Shown in pieces: positions 18,511-27,331 of a stretch of DNA of 64,000 nt. The notes under the pieces are model-generated. The model had not been told where the DNA came from, made no database searches, and saw only the letters and a list, made by a program, of their open reading frames with translations. A program made the position numbers and the translations under genes. Position 1 is the first letter of the stretch, and every line of letters starts with the position of its first letter. Source of the DNA: Candidatus Aminicenantes bacterium (GTDB lineage: Bacteria; Acidobacteriota; Aminicenantia; Aminicenantales; UBA4085); the NCBI GenBank assembly GCA_030691735.1, contig JAUYDS010000117.1, positions 17,280 through 81,279 on the forward strand. The letters run 5' to 3'.

Positions 18511-20445
18511 ATGCGCACGCTCGATAAGAAAAGATCATGGATCGTCCTGTTTCTATCGGTCGTTCTCGGTCCATCCGCCCTTTCCGCGTCCCTTCCGCCG
18601 TCGGACAAGTGGTTCCTCATCACCATCGGCGGTCAGCCGGTCGGATATATCCATGATGTCTTGTCCCGGGACGTCCGGGCGGGGGGAGAGGTCCTGGTCT
18701 CCAATTCCGAGATGAAGATGACCCTCAACCGGCTGGGGACCAAGGTCGAGCTCCGCTTCGTCACGGGATTCGAAGAGACCGCCGCCGGCCTCCTGACGAA
18801 GATCAGATATGAGATGCTCGCTTCGGCCACGGCCACGAAGACCGAGGCCCTCGTCAAGGACAACTCCATCGAATTCCGCTCGGAATCCGGCGGCAAAAGC
18901 TACACCCGGACGATCCCATACCTCGGGACGCTTGTCGGGCAGGAAGGGATCCGCCTGGCCTCCCTGAAAGCGCTCAAAAAGCCCGGAGATGCCGTCGAGT
19001 TTCTGACCTTCATGCCGGAGCTCGAAGCCGTGAGCAAGGGGAGCCGGAAAGTCCTCGGCGAGGAGACCCTCCGGCTGGCCGGACATGACCTGCGGACGCT
19101 CAAGGTCGAGGAGCTCATCGAAGCGGCCGCGGTCAAGAGCACGGCCTGGCTCAACGCCGATCACGAGGTGGTCAAACAGGAGATGGCCACGCCGTTCGGA
19201 CCGGGAGTTTTCGTCCTTTCGGACCGGACCACGGCGCTCGCGGCCGCTTCGGGTTCGGAACTCCCGGCCGAAATGTTCGAACGGTCGATCATCCGCTCGA
19301 ACATCCGCCTGCCCATGGCCCGGACGCTGCGATACCTCAAGGTCAAACTGATCCACAAGAATCCCGACCTCGGCTGGCCCGAGATCGGAAGCCCCTGCCA
19401 GACTGTCGTTTCCAAGGATCGCGAAACGCTCGTCCTCGAGATCAAAAGGCCCGCTCTCCCGAAACCGGTATCATTTCCAGTGGCCGCGACCGACAAGAAC
19501 CGCGAGTTCTTAGAGCCCAACGCCTATATCCAGTCGGACGAATCGCGTCTCCGGGATCTTGTCCGCGGTCTGATCGCCGGTGAAAAAGACCTTTTTCAGG
19601 CGGTTCTAAAGCTCGAGCGCTGGGTTTCAGACAACATGACCTTCGACCTCGGCATCGCCCTCGCTCCGTCTGCGGAGATCTTGCAGAACCGGCGCGGCAC
19701 TTGCGTAGGATATGCCACGCTCCTGGCCGCCATGGCCCGGGCGGCGGGGATCCCGTCGCGCGTCGTCATGGGCTATGTCTATGCCCTCGGCATGTTCGGC
19801 GGGCATGCCTGGACCGAAGTCCAGGTGGGGGACACCTGGATCCCCATGGACGCGGCGATCGTCGCGCCGGCCCAGGCCGACGCGGCCCGGCTCGGCTTCA
19901 ACGCCGTTTCGATGCATGAGGGGGCGGGTTCGCTCAGCGGCGGTGCCGGCCAGCAGCTCTTCGGGCAGGTCGATATCAGGATCCTCGAGTACGCGGGCGC
20001 GGACGGGAAAAAGATCAGCGTGCCCGAGGGCGCGGCGCCCTACCGGACCACGGGAGATCTCTATGAGAATCCCTGGCTGGGCCTGACCTTCAAGAAGCCC
20101 TCGGCTTTTACGTTCACCAAGCTCGACTCCGTCTGGCCCGATCCGGTCCTTGTCGCCCTCAGCGGCCCGGACGGGGCGAAAGGCGAGCTTTTGCAATCCT
20201 CTCTATTGCCCTGGAAGGAATATGACCTGACCGCGAGCGAGCTCATCCGCCGGCTGAACATCGGAGCCCGGACGGAGATCGGCCGATGGAACGGCCGGCC
20301 CATGTTCTCGGCCGCCGCCCCGGAAAAGGCGGTCATGATCATCGTCGATAAGCCCGAGGTTTGGGTTCTGTTCACCGAGGGGAAGGCCGCGCCGAAGCTC
20401 CTGGATGAGCTGGCGGCCGGACTGAAGCTGGATCAAAAGAAATAG
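18511..20445 (+). CDS. secreted transglutaminase-like domain protein
   Basis: 644 aa with a signal peptide (MRTLDKKRSWIVLFLSVVLGPSALSAS); transglutaminase core Cys/His/Asp region (RRGTCVGYATLLAAMARAAGIPSRVVMGY...GHAWTEV...D). Confidence 0.6.
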   Translation: MRTLDKKRSWIVLFLSVVLGPSALSASLPPSDKWFLITIGGQPVGYIHDVLSRDVRAGGEVLVSNSEMKMTLNRLGTKVELRFVTGFEETAAGLLTKIRYEMLASATATKTEALVKDNSIEFRSESGGKSYTRTIPYLGTLVGQEGIRLASLKALKKPGDAVEFLTFMPELEAVSKGSRKVLGEETLRLAGHDLRTLKVEELIEAAAVKSTAWLNADHEVVKQEMATPFGPGVFVLSDRTTALAAASGSELPAEMFERSIIRSNIRLPMARTLRYLKVKLIHKNPDLGWPEIGSPCQTVVSKDRETLVLEIKRPALPKPVSFPVAATDKNREFLEPNAYIQSDESRLRDLVRGLIAGEKDLFQAVLKLERWVSDNMTFDLGIALAPSAEILQNRRGTCVGYATLLAAMARAAGIPSRVVMGYVYALGMFGGHAWTEVQVGDTWIPMDAAIVAPAQADAARLGFNAVSMHEGAGSLSGGAGQQLFGQVDIRILEYAGADGKKISVPEGAAPYRTTGDLYENPWLGLTFKKPSAFTFTKLDSVWPDPVLVALSGPDGAKGELLQSSLLPWKEYDLTASELIRRLNIGARTEIGRWNGRPMFSAAAPEKAVMIIVDKPEVWVLFTEGKAAPKLLDELAAGLKLDQKK

Positions 20446-20454
20446 CTTCGTTTA

Positions 20455-21093
20455 TCAGACCGACATGGCGATAAGCCACTGGGCGGTGAAGTACGTGCCC
20501 AGGATGAGCGCCTGAGCGCCCTTGATCTTTTTCGCGAAGCGGTCCACCGCCAGGGCCGAATCCGAAACCACGAAAAGCACGGCGCCGACGAACGCCGAGA
20601 GGGTCTTCGTCCCTCCGATCTGAATGAACCGTTCGGCGGCCAGGACGGCCATCGTCACGATGACAAAAACATAAATGGTCACCGGGATCTTCATGGCCCC
20701 GAGATAGGGGAGGAGCAGCCGGATCATGATCAGGCCGAAGACGACGAAGGAGATCGTCGGCAGAAGAGAGAGGGACAAAGCGGCCCCCGACCGGAAAGCC
20801 GCGATATACAAAAGCTGGGCGGCGAGAAACGCGATCAATCCTTCTAGAAAGCGCTTCTTGGGGAGCATCAGGAAAATATCCCCGAGGAGCGAACACCCCA
20901 AGCCGGCCAGGACCATGGCTTTGTAAGGAGGGGAGAAAACGGGGACGGCCCGTCCGGCGATGATCAGGATGAGGATCACGGTCAGCGGTTTGACGGCATA
21001 GACGAGCCGCCGGAAGTCCCGAAGCTCGGCGACGATGGTCGTCACGGCCGAGCCGAGGGCCAAGACCGAGAGGACCGAGGTCAGGTTGATCAA
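20455..21093 (-). CDS. YhhN family membrane protein (lysoplasmalogenase-like)
   Basis: 212 aa, about 7 predicted TM helices, YhhN-like pattern. Convergent with the upstream gene, only 9 nt apart. Confidence 0.5.
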   Translation of the reverse strand: MINLTSVLSVLALGSAVTTIVAELRDFRRLVYAVKPLTVILILIIAGRAVPVFSPPYKAMVLAGLGCSLLGDIFLMLPKKRFLEGLIAFLAAQLLYIAAFRSGAALSLSLLPTISFVVFGLIMIRLLLPYLGAMKIPVTIYVFVIVTMAVLAAERFIQIGGTKTLSAFVGAVLFVVSDSALAVDRFAKKIKGAQALILGTYFTAQWLIAMSV

Positions 21094-21917
21094 ATTCCCG
21101 GTTTTTCCCTTTTGAGCTTTTCTCTGGCTTCGGCGAACATCGGCTCGGCGTAGGCGCTGGTCCAGGTCCGCTCTTCGAACGACCGCTTTTCGACCATCTT
21201 TAAAAAACCCTCGAAATCGTGGAAGTAGGACCCGTAGATATGAAAGCTGTCGACGAGGTCGGCGTAGCGGCCGACGCGGACGGGTTTGCCGATCCGGGCG
21301 CTGATTCTCCCGGCAATGACCCGCTGCAGATCGGTCAAGGCGAAGACGTTCATATAGGCGGCCTTATAAGCGTCCCGGGACCGCCAATGGGTATTCATAT
21401 TGAGCGAGAATCCACCGCTCCCGTCATCGAGCAGCCGGCACCAGATCCTTTGCAGACAGGGAGGGTCATAGGTCGGAACGTCCAGCTTCGGGTTCCAGGT
21501 GATCGCCTGGGCCCGGCGCGAGTGGCCGGACTGGGCGAGCTTGTTGATGATGTCGTCGATCTGGTCGATCGTCTCCCCTTCGATCTCGTAGGAGAACAGC
21601 CGCTTGTGGTAGGTATAGGTCCATTTCCCTTCCTCGGGGGCGATCCAATGGTCGTGAACGCCGTCGACCACCTCCTGGCGGTAGATCTCGAGGTCCTCGA
21701 GCCCGCCGGGAAAGGCACGGTGGATGCGCGGCTCGGCGAAGGGGTCTTCCACGGTCCACAGGATGGTGCAGTCGCGGGACGGAGGGTCGCCTGGCTTATC
21801 GTATTCGGTCTTGATCGCGACGCCCTTGCGCCAGCATTCAAGCACCGCCTTTTCCCAGGCTTCGGGGAGGGTCGTTCCGGTCACGAAAAGGGTCGGGATG
21901 TTGCCGCTCATGCTCAC
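21090..21917 (-). CDS. thymidylate synthase family protein (divergent, archaeal-type ThyA / dUMP-hydroxymethylase-like)
   Basis: 275 aa; proline-preceded candidate catalytic Cys (PPCLQRIWCRLL) and RSxD-type motif (WRSRDAYKAAYMNVFAL) arranged as in the ThyA fold. No similarity to the canonical bacterial ThyA N-terminus. Assignment by motif pattern only. Confidence 0.45.
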   Translation of the reverse strand: MSMSGNIPTLFVTGTTLPEAWEKAVLECWRKGVAIKTEYDKPGDPPSRDCTILWTVEDPFAEPRIHRAFPGGLEDLEIYRQEVVDGVHDHWIAPEEGKWTYTYHKRLFSYEIEGETIDQIDDIINKLAQSGHSRRAQAITWNPKLDVPTYDPPCLQRIWCRLLDDGSGGFSLNMNTHWRSRDAYKAAYMNVFALTDLQRVIAGRISARIGKPVRVGRYADLVDSFHIYGSYFHDFEGFLKMVEKRSFEERTWTSAYAEPMFAEAREKLKREKPGI

Positions 21918-22069
21918 CTCGCGATTTCTCCCCGTGTTTTTATCACAGCGGAGGAAGGTTGGTCAACTTGGGAACGTTCTGGCCATAGAACGCTTTTCTT
22001 CGCCCGGCCGGGCGCAACCCTCAGCCCGGTTTTGTCAGCACCTCAGGTTTTGTTTATAATGTCGGGGCC

Positions 22070-23197
22070 ATGACCCCGCGGCAGAGGATCGAGAGCCTGC
22101 TCGCCGGACGCCCCGCCGACCGTGTCCCATTCTGCCCGGCGGTCTATGAACATAAAGCCGCCCTCATCGGGACGACCCCGTCGCTCCTGAGCCGTGACCC
22201 AGGGCTTTTCGAGCGGGCCCTCATCCGGGAGGCCGAGCTTTACCGGCCGGACATGCTTGTCGTCGGCTGCGACGTCTACAACGTCGAGGCCGAGGCCGTC
22301 GGCGGCAAGGTCAGGTTCTATGATTCGAGCGACGTCCCTTCGATCGCGGAGCGGCCGGTCAAGGTCGGCGATGATATTTCCCGTCTGCGTTTCCCCGATC
22401 CCGAAAAGGACGGCCGGATGCCGGTCTGCCTGGAGGCCGGCGGGAGAATTCAGAAGCGATTCGGCCGGGAGATGTTCATCCGCGGCGCCCTCAGCGCGCC
22501 GTTCTCGATCGCCTGCGAGCTCGCCGGCGCCGAAGAGGTGCTGATGGCGCTCCTGGACGACCCCGCCTGGGTGTCGAAGCTCCTCTCTTTCTCGGCGGAG
22601 ATCGCCAAAACCTACGGCCGGGCGTACGTCGAGCGGGGGCTGGGGATCATCCTTTTTGATTCCCATGCCGCCCCGCCCCTGGTCTCTCCCTCGTTATATC
22701 GGAGCCTCATTCTGCCTCCGACGGCCGATGTCGTCGGCTATTTCCGTGAAGCTCTCGGCCTCCCTCTCGTTCCTTATATCATCGGCGGGGACACGTCCGG
22801 CATCCTCGAGGCGATCCTCGAGACGGGAACGAACAACATCCTCTGCGATTTCCGCGCCGACCTCTCGTCGTTCGTCGATCGCCTCGAGAACAGTCCGGAT
22901 CAATTCGTGGGCCAAAGCTCCTTGGAAGGAAGGCAGGGACGGCGGGCTCTTCCCGCCGGACCGTTGGAAGGAAACCCGACCAAAGGGTTTCCTTCCAAGA
23001 GTGACCGGCCGGTCCTGCTGCGGGCGAACCTCGATCCGCGCTTTCTGCTCAAGGCCTCGATCCCGGACATCCAGGCTAAAACGAGCGAGGTCCTGGCTAT
23101 CGGCCGCCGTCATCCCGGGTTCATCCTGGGGACCGGCATTCTGCCCTTCGATCTGCCTCCTGAAAAGGTCATGGCCGTCCGGGCCGTCCTCGAATAA
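22070..23197 (+). CDS. uroporphyrinogen-decarboxylase (URO-D) family protein (MtaA/CmuA-like methyltransferase fold) carrying an in-frame palindromic-repeat insertion
   Basis: 375 aa; URO-D-like N-terminus (RVPFCPAVYEHKAAL..). Residues about 283-313 (SSLEGRQGRRALPAGPLEGNPTKGFPSKSDRP) are encoded by repeat P copy 3. Confidence 0.6.
   Translation: MTPRQRIESLLAGRPADRVPFCPAVYEHKAALIGTTPSLLSRDPGLFERALIREAELYRPDMLVVGCDVYNVEAEAVGGKVRFYDSSDVPSIAERPVKVGDDISRLRFPDPEKDGRMPVCLEAGGRIQKRFGREMFIRGALSAPFSIACELAGAEEVLMALLDDPAWVSKLLSFSAEIAKTYGRAYVERGLGIILFDSHAAPPLVSPSLYRSLILPPTADVVGYFREALGLPLVPYIIGGDTSGILEAILETGTNNILCDFRADLSSFVDRLENSPDQFVGQSSLEGRQGRRALPAGPLEGNPTKGFPSKSDRPVLLRANLDPRFLLKASIPDIQAKTSEVLAIGRRHPGFILGTGILPFDLPPEKVMAVRAVLE
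22917..23006. repeat. palindromic repeat family P, copy 3 (inside the URO-D-like CDS, in frame)
   Basis: gctccttggaaggaaggcagggacggcgggctcttcccgccggaccgttggaaggaaacccgaccaaagggtttccttccaagagtgacc; has an extra internal mini-hairpin (ggcgggctcttcccgcc) relative to copies 1 and 2. Confidence 0.65.
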
Positions 23198-23274
23198 AAA
23201 AAATAAATCCTCATTTCCCTGCTAAAAAGAGGCCGAAGCATCGTCTTTATTAATGGTCCTAGACGAGAGCTCCC

Positions 23275-24015
23275 ATGGACATTCCTCCGGAAGACATCGA
23301 TGCCCCGATCGAGACGAACGGCGGCCATCGCCGCCGTCTGCGGGAAAAGTTTCTTCGCGCCGGCCTGAGCGCCTTTCTCGATTACGAGATCGTCGAACTC
23401 CTCCTGACCCTGGGGACGCCGCGGAAGGACTGCAAGGAACAGGCGAAAAGGGCGCTCAAAGAGTTCAAGTCTCTGCGCGGGGTGCTCGAGGCCGACGAAT
23501 ACGAACTGCAAAGGATCCGGGGCATCGGCGCTCACAACGTTTTCGGGATACGGCTCGTTCAGGAAGTGTCCCGCCGCTTTCTCAAGGACAAGATGTTGAG
23601 CCGGCCGTATGCCCGCTCGTCCCGCGAGGTCTTCGATTACCTCTATCATTCCCTCCGCGACCTCAAAAAGGAGCATTTCAAGGTCCTTTTCCTCGATCCG
23701 AAAAACCAGATCATCGAGGAGAAGACGCTGTTCGAGGGCACGGTGGACTCGTCGGCCGTCTACCCCCGGGAGATCATGAAGGACGCCCTTCGGACCAACG
23801 CGACCTCTCTCGTCTTCGTCCACAATCATCCTTCGGGAGACCCCGAACCGTCTCTCTGCGACCGGGAGATCACCAAGGAGCTCGTTTTCGCGGCCAGGGT
23901 CATGCAGCTCAAGGTGCTCGATCACATCGTCATCGGCAACAACTGTTACTTCAGCTTCGCCGACCGCGGGCTCATCGAGGATTGCAACCTGATGTTCCTC
24001 GGTTTGAATAAATAG
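23275..24015 (+). CDS. radC: RadC family protein (JAB/MPN domain, DNA repair-associated)
   Basis: 246 aa; N-terminal GHRRRLREKFL and C-terminal JAB motif (..LVFVHNHPSGDPEPS..DREIT..L). Confidence 0.8.
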   Translation: MDIPPEDIDAPIETNGGHRRRLREKFLRAGLSAFLDYEIVELLLTLGTPRKDCKEQAKRALKEFKSLRGVLEADEYELQRIRGIGAHNVFGIRLVQEVSRRFLKDKMLSRPYARSSREVFDYLYHSLRDLKKEHFKVLFLDPKNQIIEEKTLFEGTVDSSAVYPREIMKDALRTNATSLVFVHNHPSGDPEPSLCDREITKELVFAARVMQLKVLDHIVIGNNCYFSFADRGLIEDCNLMFLGLNK

Positions 24016-24085
24016 CCGCGGAGGATCATGAGCCGACACATTCCGGATACCACGATGATTCAAGCGCTTCGTTTTATGAACGCTC

Positions 24086-24117
24086 CCGAATTCTTCTCAA
24101 TTCGGTATGTGTCTGCG
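24086..24117. repeat. 23-nt repeat family R copy (ccgaattcttctcAATTCGGTATGTGTCTGCG) in the fhs upstream region
   Basis: Shares the unit AATTCGGTATGTGTCTGCG(aatt) with 30394-30426 and 53341-53390; a degenerate version is at 27284-27315. Preceded by the mini-palindrome CCGAATT-N6-AATTCGG. Confidence 0.5.
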
Positions 24118-24361
24118 TGTTCATAAGCGTAAAATTCTGCTAAGATGGATCAAGGGACGAGCCTTCGCGGCGGAAGTGGACCCCCGAGCAAAGCTCGGGG
24201 CACTCACCCGCGATGTAAATACGCGGCTGAGTACGGCGGAAGCGGATCCCCAGACAAAGCCTGCCCACATTCGCTTCGCGAATGAGGACTGCAAAGCCTG
24301 GGGCCCTTGCCGCCGCCCCGGCCGCCGTGGGGCGGAACCGATCCGTGGACGGGAGGGACAA

Positions 24362-26032
24362 ATGAGCGACGAGAGCAAGCCCCGGGCCTCTTGGCGGCCG
24401 ATCGAGGAGATTGCCAAAAAGCTGGGCATTCGTCCCGAGTGTCTGGAGAAATACGGCAACTTCAAAGCCAAGGTCGATCTCGGGCCATCGCCTGAAAGCG
24501 TCGGGGGCTTAGGCCGGCTCATCCTCGTCACGGCCATGACCCCCACGCCCTCCGGCGAAGGGAAGACGACGACGGCCATCGGCCTGACCGACGCCCTGAA
24601 CCGGCTCGGCCGGAAGGCCGCGGCGGCCCTGCGTGAGCCGTCTTTGGGCCCCGTCTTCGGCATGAAGGGCGGGGCGACGGGGGGCGGAAAGGCTCACGTC
24701 GTTCCCAGCGACGACATCAACCTCCATTTCACGGGCGACATCCATGCCATCACTTCGGCCAACAATCTTCTAGCGGCCATGGTCGATAACCATGTCCAGT
24801 TCGAGCCGTCCTGCGGCCTTCTCGACGCCAAGAACGTCACTTGGAGGCGCGTTTTGGATATGAACGACCGGTCCCTACGGAACGTCATCTCCGGCATCGG
24901 AGAGACGTTCAACGGAATCGCGCTGGAGACGGGTTTTGATATCACCGCCGCCTCCGAGATCATGGCCATTTTTTGCCTGGCTCATGACCTCAAGGACCTC
25001 AAGGACCGGCTCGGCCGCATCCAGATCGGATACGCGTCCGACGGGAAGCCCGTCACGGCCGCCCAGGTCAAGGCCCAGGGCGCCATGGCCGCCCTGCTCA
25101 AGGACGCCATCCGGCCCAACCTCGTCCAGACCCGGGAGGGCTCGCCGGCCTTCATCCACGGCGGTCCGTTCGCCAACATCGCCCACGGCACGAACTCCGT
25201 GATCGCGACGAATATGGCCTTGCGTTTGGCCGATTTCGTGGTCACGGAATGCGGGTTCGCCTCCGATCTCGGCGCCGAGAAGTTCTTCGATATCGTCGTC
25301 CGGACGGGCGCCGTTCCCCCGCCTTCGGCCGTGGTCATCGTGGCTACCCTCCGCTCGCTCAAGTTCCACGGCGGGGTCAAACTGGAAGCGCTGAACGCGG
25401 AGAATACGGAGGCGATCGCCAAGGGATTCGAGAACCTCCAGAAGCACGTCGAGATCATCCGGCTCTTCGGCCTCCCCCCGGTCGTGGCCTTGAACAAATT
25501 CCCCGCGGACACGGAGAAAGAAGAGCGGCTCTTCGCCGATCTCTGCCGAAGGGAGAATGTCCGGTTCGCTCCGAGCGACGTCTTCGGCCGGGGAGGAGAG
25601 GGCGGCCTGGCCCTGGGAGAGGAAGTTCTCCGGGCGATCGAGCACGATCCCCGGGATTTCAGGTTCCTCTATCCGCTCGACACGCCGCTGGCCGACAAGA
25701 TCGAGACGATCGCCACGAAGATCTACGGCGCCGGCCGCGTCGCCCTCGAGGCCAAGGCCAGGCGGAAGCTCCAGAAATACGAGAGCGACGGCTTCGGCCG
25801 GTTCCCGGTCTGTATCGCCAAGACCCAGTATTCGCTCTCCGCCAACGCCAAGGCCCTCGGCCGACCGCGCGACTTCACGGTGACCGTCACGGACGCGTCG
25901 CTCAGCGCGGGCGCCGGCTTCGTGGTCGCCATGTGCGGCGAGATCATGACCATGCCCGGCCTGCCCAAGGTCCCCGCCGCCGAGAGGATCGACGTCACGG
26001 ACGACGGCGAGATCATGGGCATCCTGGGATAA
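24362..26032 (+). CDS. fhs: formate--tetrahydrofolate ligase
   Basis: Start at ATG 24362 (MSDESKPRASWRPIEEIAKKLGI..), since the ORF-track N-terminal extension has no counterpart in FTHFS; RBS gggaggg upstream. Diagnostic P-loop PTPSGEGKTTTAIGL. Confidence 0.85.
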   Translation: MSDESKPRASWRPIEEIAKKLGIRPECLEKYGNFKAKVDLGPSPESVGGLGRLILVTAMTPTPSGEGKTTTAIGLTDALNRLGRKAAAALREPSLGPVFGMKGGATGGGKAHVVPSDDINLHFTGDIHAITSANNLLAAMVDNHVQFEPSCGLLDAKNVTWRRVLDMNDRSLRNVISGIGETFNGIALETGFDITAASEIMAIFCLAHDLKDLKDRLGRIQIGYASDGKPVTAAQVKAQGAMAALLKDAIRPNLVQTREGSPAFIHGGPFANIAHGTNSVIATNMALRLADFVVTECGFASDLGAEKFFDIVVRTGAVPPPSAVVIVATLRSLKFHGGVKLEALNAENTEAIAKGFENLQKHVEIIRLFGLPPVVALNKFPADTEKEERLFADLCRRENVRFAPSDVFGRGGEGGLALGEEVLRAIEHDPRDFRFLYPLDTPLADKIETIATKIYGAGRVALEAKARRKLQKYESDGFGRFPVCIAKTQYSLSANAKALGRPRDFTVTVTDASLSAGAGFVVAMCGEIMTMPGLPKVPAAERIDVTDDGEIMGILG

Positions 26033-26183
26033 TGACGAATTTACAGCGCTACCCAATTGTGATACAAAATGGGTGATTTGCATGCCGGAAACGAGGAAAT
26101 CGGGGACCATGGGACAAGACCGGGCCGGAAAGCGTCTATAGTCATGTGGGGATGCCGATGAGAAGGAATGATCAGGAGGAAGC

Positions 26184-27266
26184 ATGAAAGAAGACGAAAG
26201 CGATCAAAAGCAGACAGCGAAGAACAAGGCCATCGAAGCCGCGGTCTCGCAAATCGAGAAGCAGTTCGGCAAGGGCTCAGTGATGAAACTGGGGCAGAAA
26301 GAAGCCGCGGCGAAAATCCCGGCCATTCCTACCGGCTCCATCTCGTTCGACCTGGCGCTCGGGATCGGCGGCTTTCCGCGCGGCCGCGTCATCGAGGTCT
26401 TCGGCCCGGAGGCGACCGGCAAGACGACCCTGGCCCTCCATGTCATCGCCGAAGCTCAGAAGCTCGGAGGGCAGGCGGCCTTCATCGACGCGGAGCACGC
26501 CATGGACCCGCCCTATGCCGCCAAGGTCGGCGTCGATATCGACAACCTCCTCATCTCCCAGCCGGATTGGGGCGAACAGGCCCTCGAGATCGCCGAGGTC
26601 CTGGTTCGGAGCGGGGCCGTGGACGTCATCGTCATCGATTCCGTGGCCGCGCTCGTTCCCAAGGCCGAACTCGAGGGGGAGATGGGCGACGCCCATATGG
26701 GCCTCCAGGCCCGCCTGATGTCGCAGGCGCTGCGGAAGCTGACGGCCATCGTCGCCCGTTCCAAGACCTGCTTCATCTTCATCAACCAGATCCGGGAGAA
26801 GATCGGCTTTTTCCTGGGCAACCCCGAGACGACGACGGGCGGCCGCGCCCTCAAATTCTACGCTTCGCTGCGGATCGATGTGCGGCGGATGACGGCCATC
26901 AAGGAAGGCGATAGCGTCATCGGCAATCGGGTCAAGGTCAAGATCGTCAAGAACAAGATGGCCCCGCCGTTCAAGGAAGCCCAGTTCGACATCATCTACG
27001 GCGAGGGCATTTCCCGGGAAGGGGACCTCGTCGACTGCGGTCTGGAATACGGCCTCATCGAGAAGACGGGGACGTGGTATTCGTACAAGGGAGAACGGGT
27101 CGGGCAGGGCCGGGAGAACGTCAAGAAGCTCCTCAAGGAGAACAAGGACCTGGCCGCTGAGCTGAACTTAGAGCTCCGGAAGAGGGTCGGCTTGGCGGCC
27201 GAACCGGCCGCGTTCGATAAGCCGGAAAAAGAACTCGAAAAGCCGACCGAAAAGAAATCCAGATAA
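26184..27266 (+). CDS. recA: recombinase RecA
   Basis: 360 aa; Walker [13 protein letters not shown], loop L1/L2 regions and the conserved RecA core throughout. Confidence 0.9.
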   Translation: MKEDESDQKQTAKNKAIEAAVSQIEKQFGKGSVMKLGQKEAAAKIPAIPTGSISFDLALGIGGFPRGRVIEVFGPEATGKTTLALHVIAEAQKLGGQAAFIDAEHAMDPPYAAKVGVDIDNLLISQPDWGEQALEIAEVLVRSGAVDVIVIDSVAALVPKAELEGEMGDAHMGLQARLMSQALRKLTAIVARSKTCFIFINQIREKIGFFLGNPETTTGGRALKFYASLRIDVRRMTAIKEGDSVIGNRVKVKIVKNKMAPPFKEAQFDIIYGEGISREGDLVDCGLEYGLIEKTGTWYSYKGERVGQGRENVKKLLKENKDLAAELNLELRKRVGLAAEPAAFDKPEKELEKPTEKKSR

Positions 27267-27283
27267 AAAGATGGGAACATGCT

Positions 27284-27315
27284 CCGAATTCTCCTGAATT
27301 CGGTAGGCGTCCCCG
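27284..27315. repeat. degenerate copy of repeat family R (ccgaattctcctgAATTCGGTAGGCGTCCCCG) immediately upstream of the SOD-like gene RBS
   Basis: 24/32 identity to the 24086 copy, including the CCGAATT-N6-AATTCGG mini-palindrome. Confidence 0.4.
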
Positions 27316-27331
27316 TCTTAAGGAGAACAGA

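Noticed and set aside
20372-20896. 174-aa minus-strand ORF overlapping the YhhN gene in another frame
   Set aside because: Arg/Pro/Gly-rich alternative frame. The YhhN frame gives a coherent 7-TM hydrophobic protein.
24107-24361. N-terminal 85-codon extension of fhs in the ORF track
   Set aside because: Formate-THF ligases begin at the MSDESKP...IEEIAKKLGI region. The extension is Arg-rich, has no homology to FTHFS, and a good RBS precedes the internal ATG at 24362.
24250-24361. ZTP (pfl) riboswitch upstream of fhs
   Set aside because: The conserved ACCGGGGAGC and UGACUGGCG blocks are absent. Only a partial resemblance to the 3' pseudoknot strand (CCGGCCGCCGUGGGGCGG) was found.
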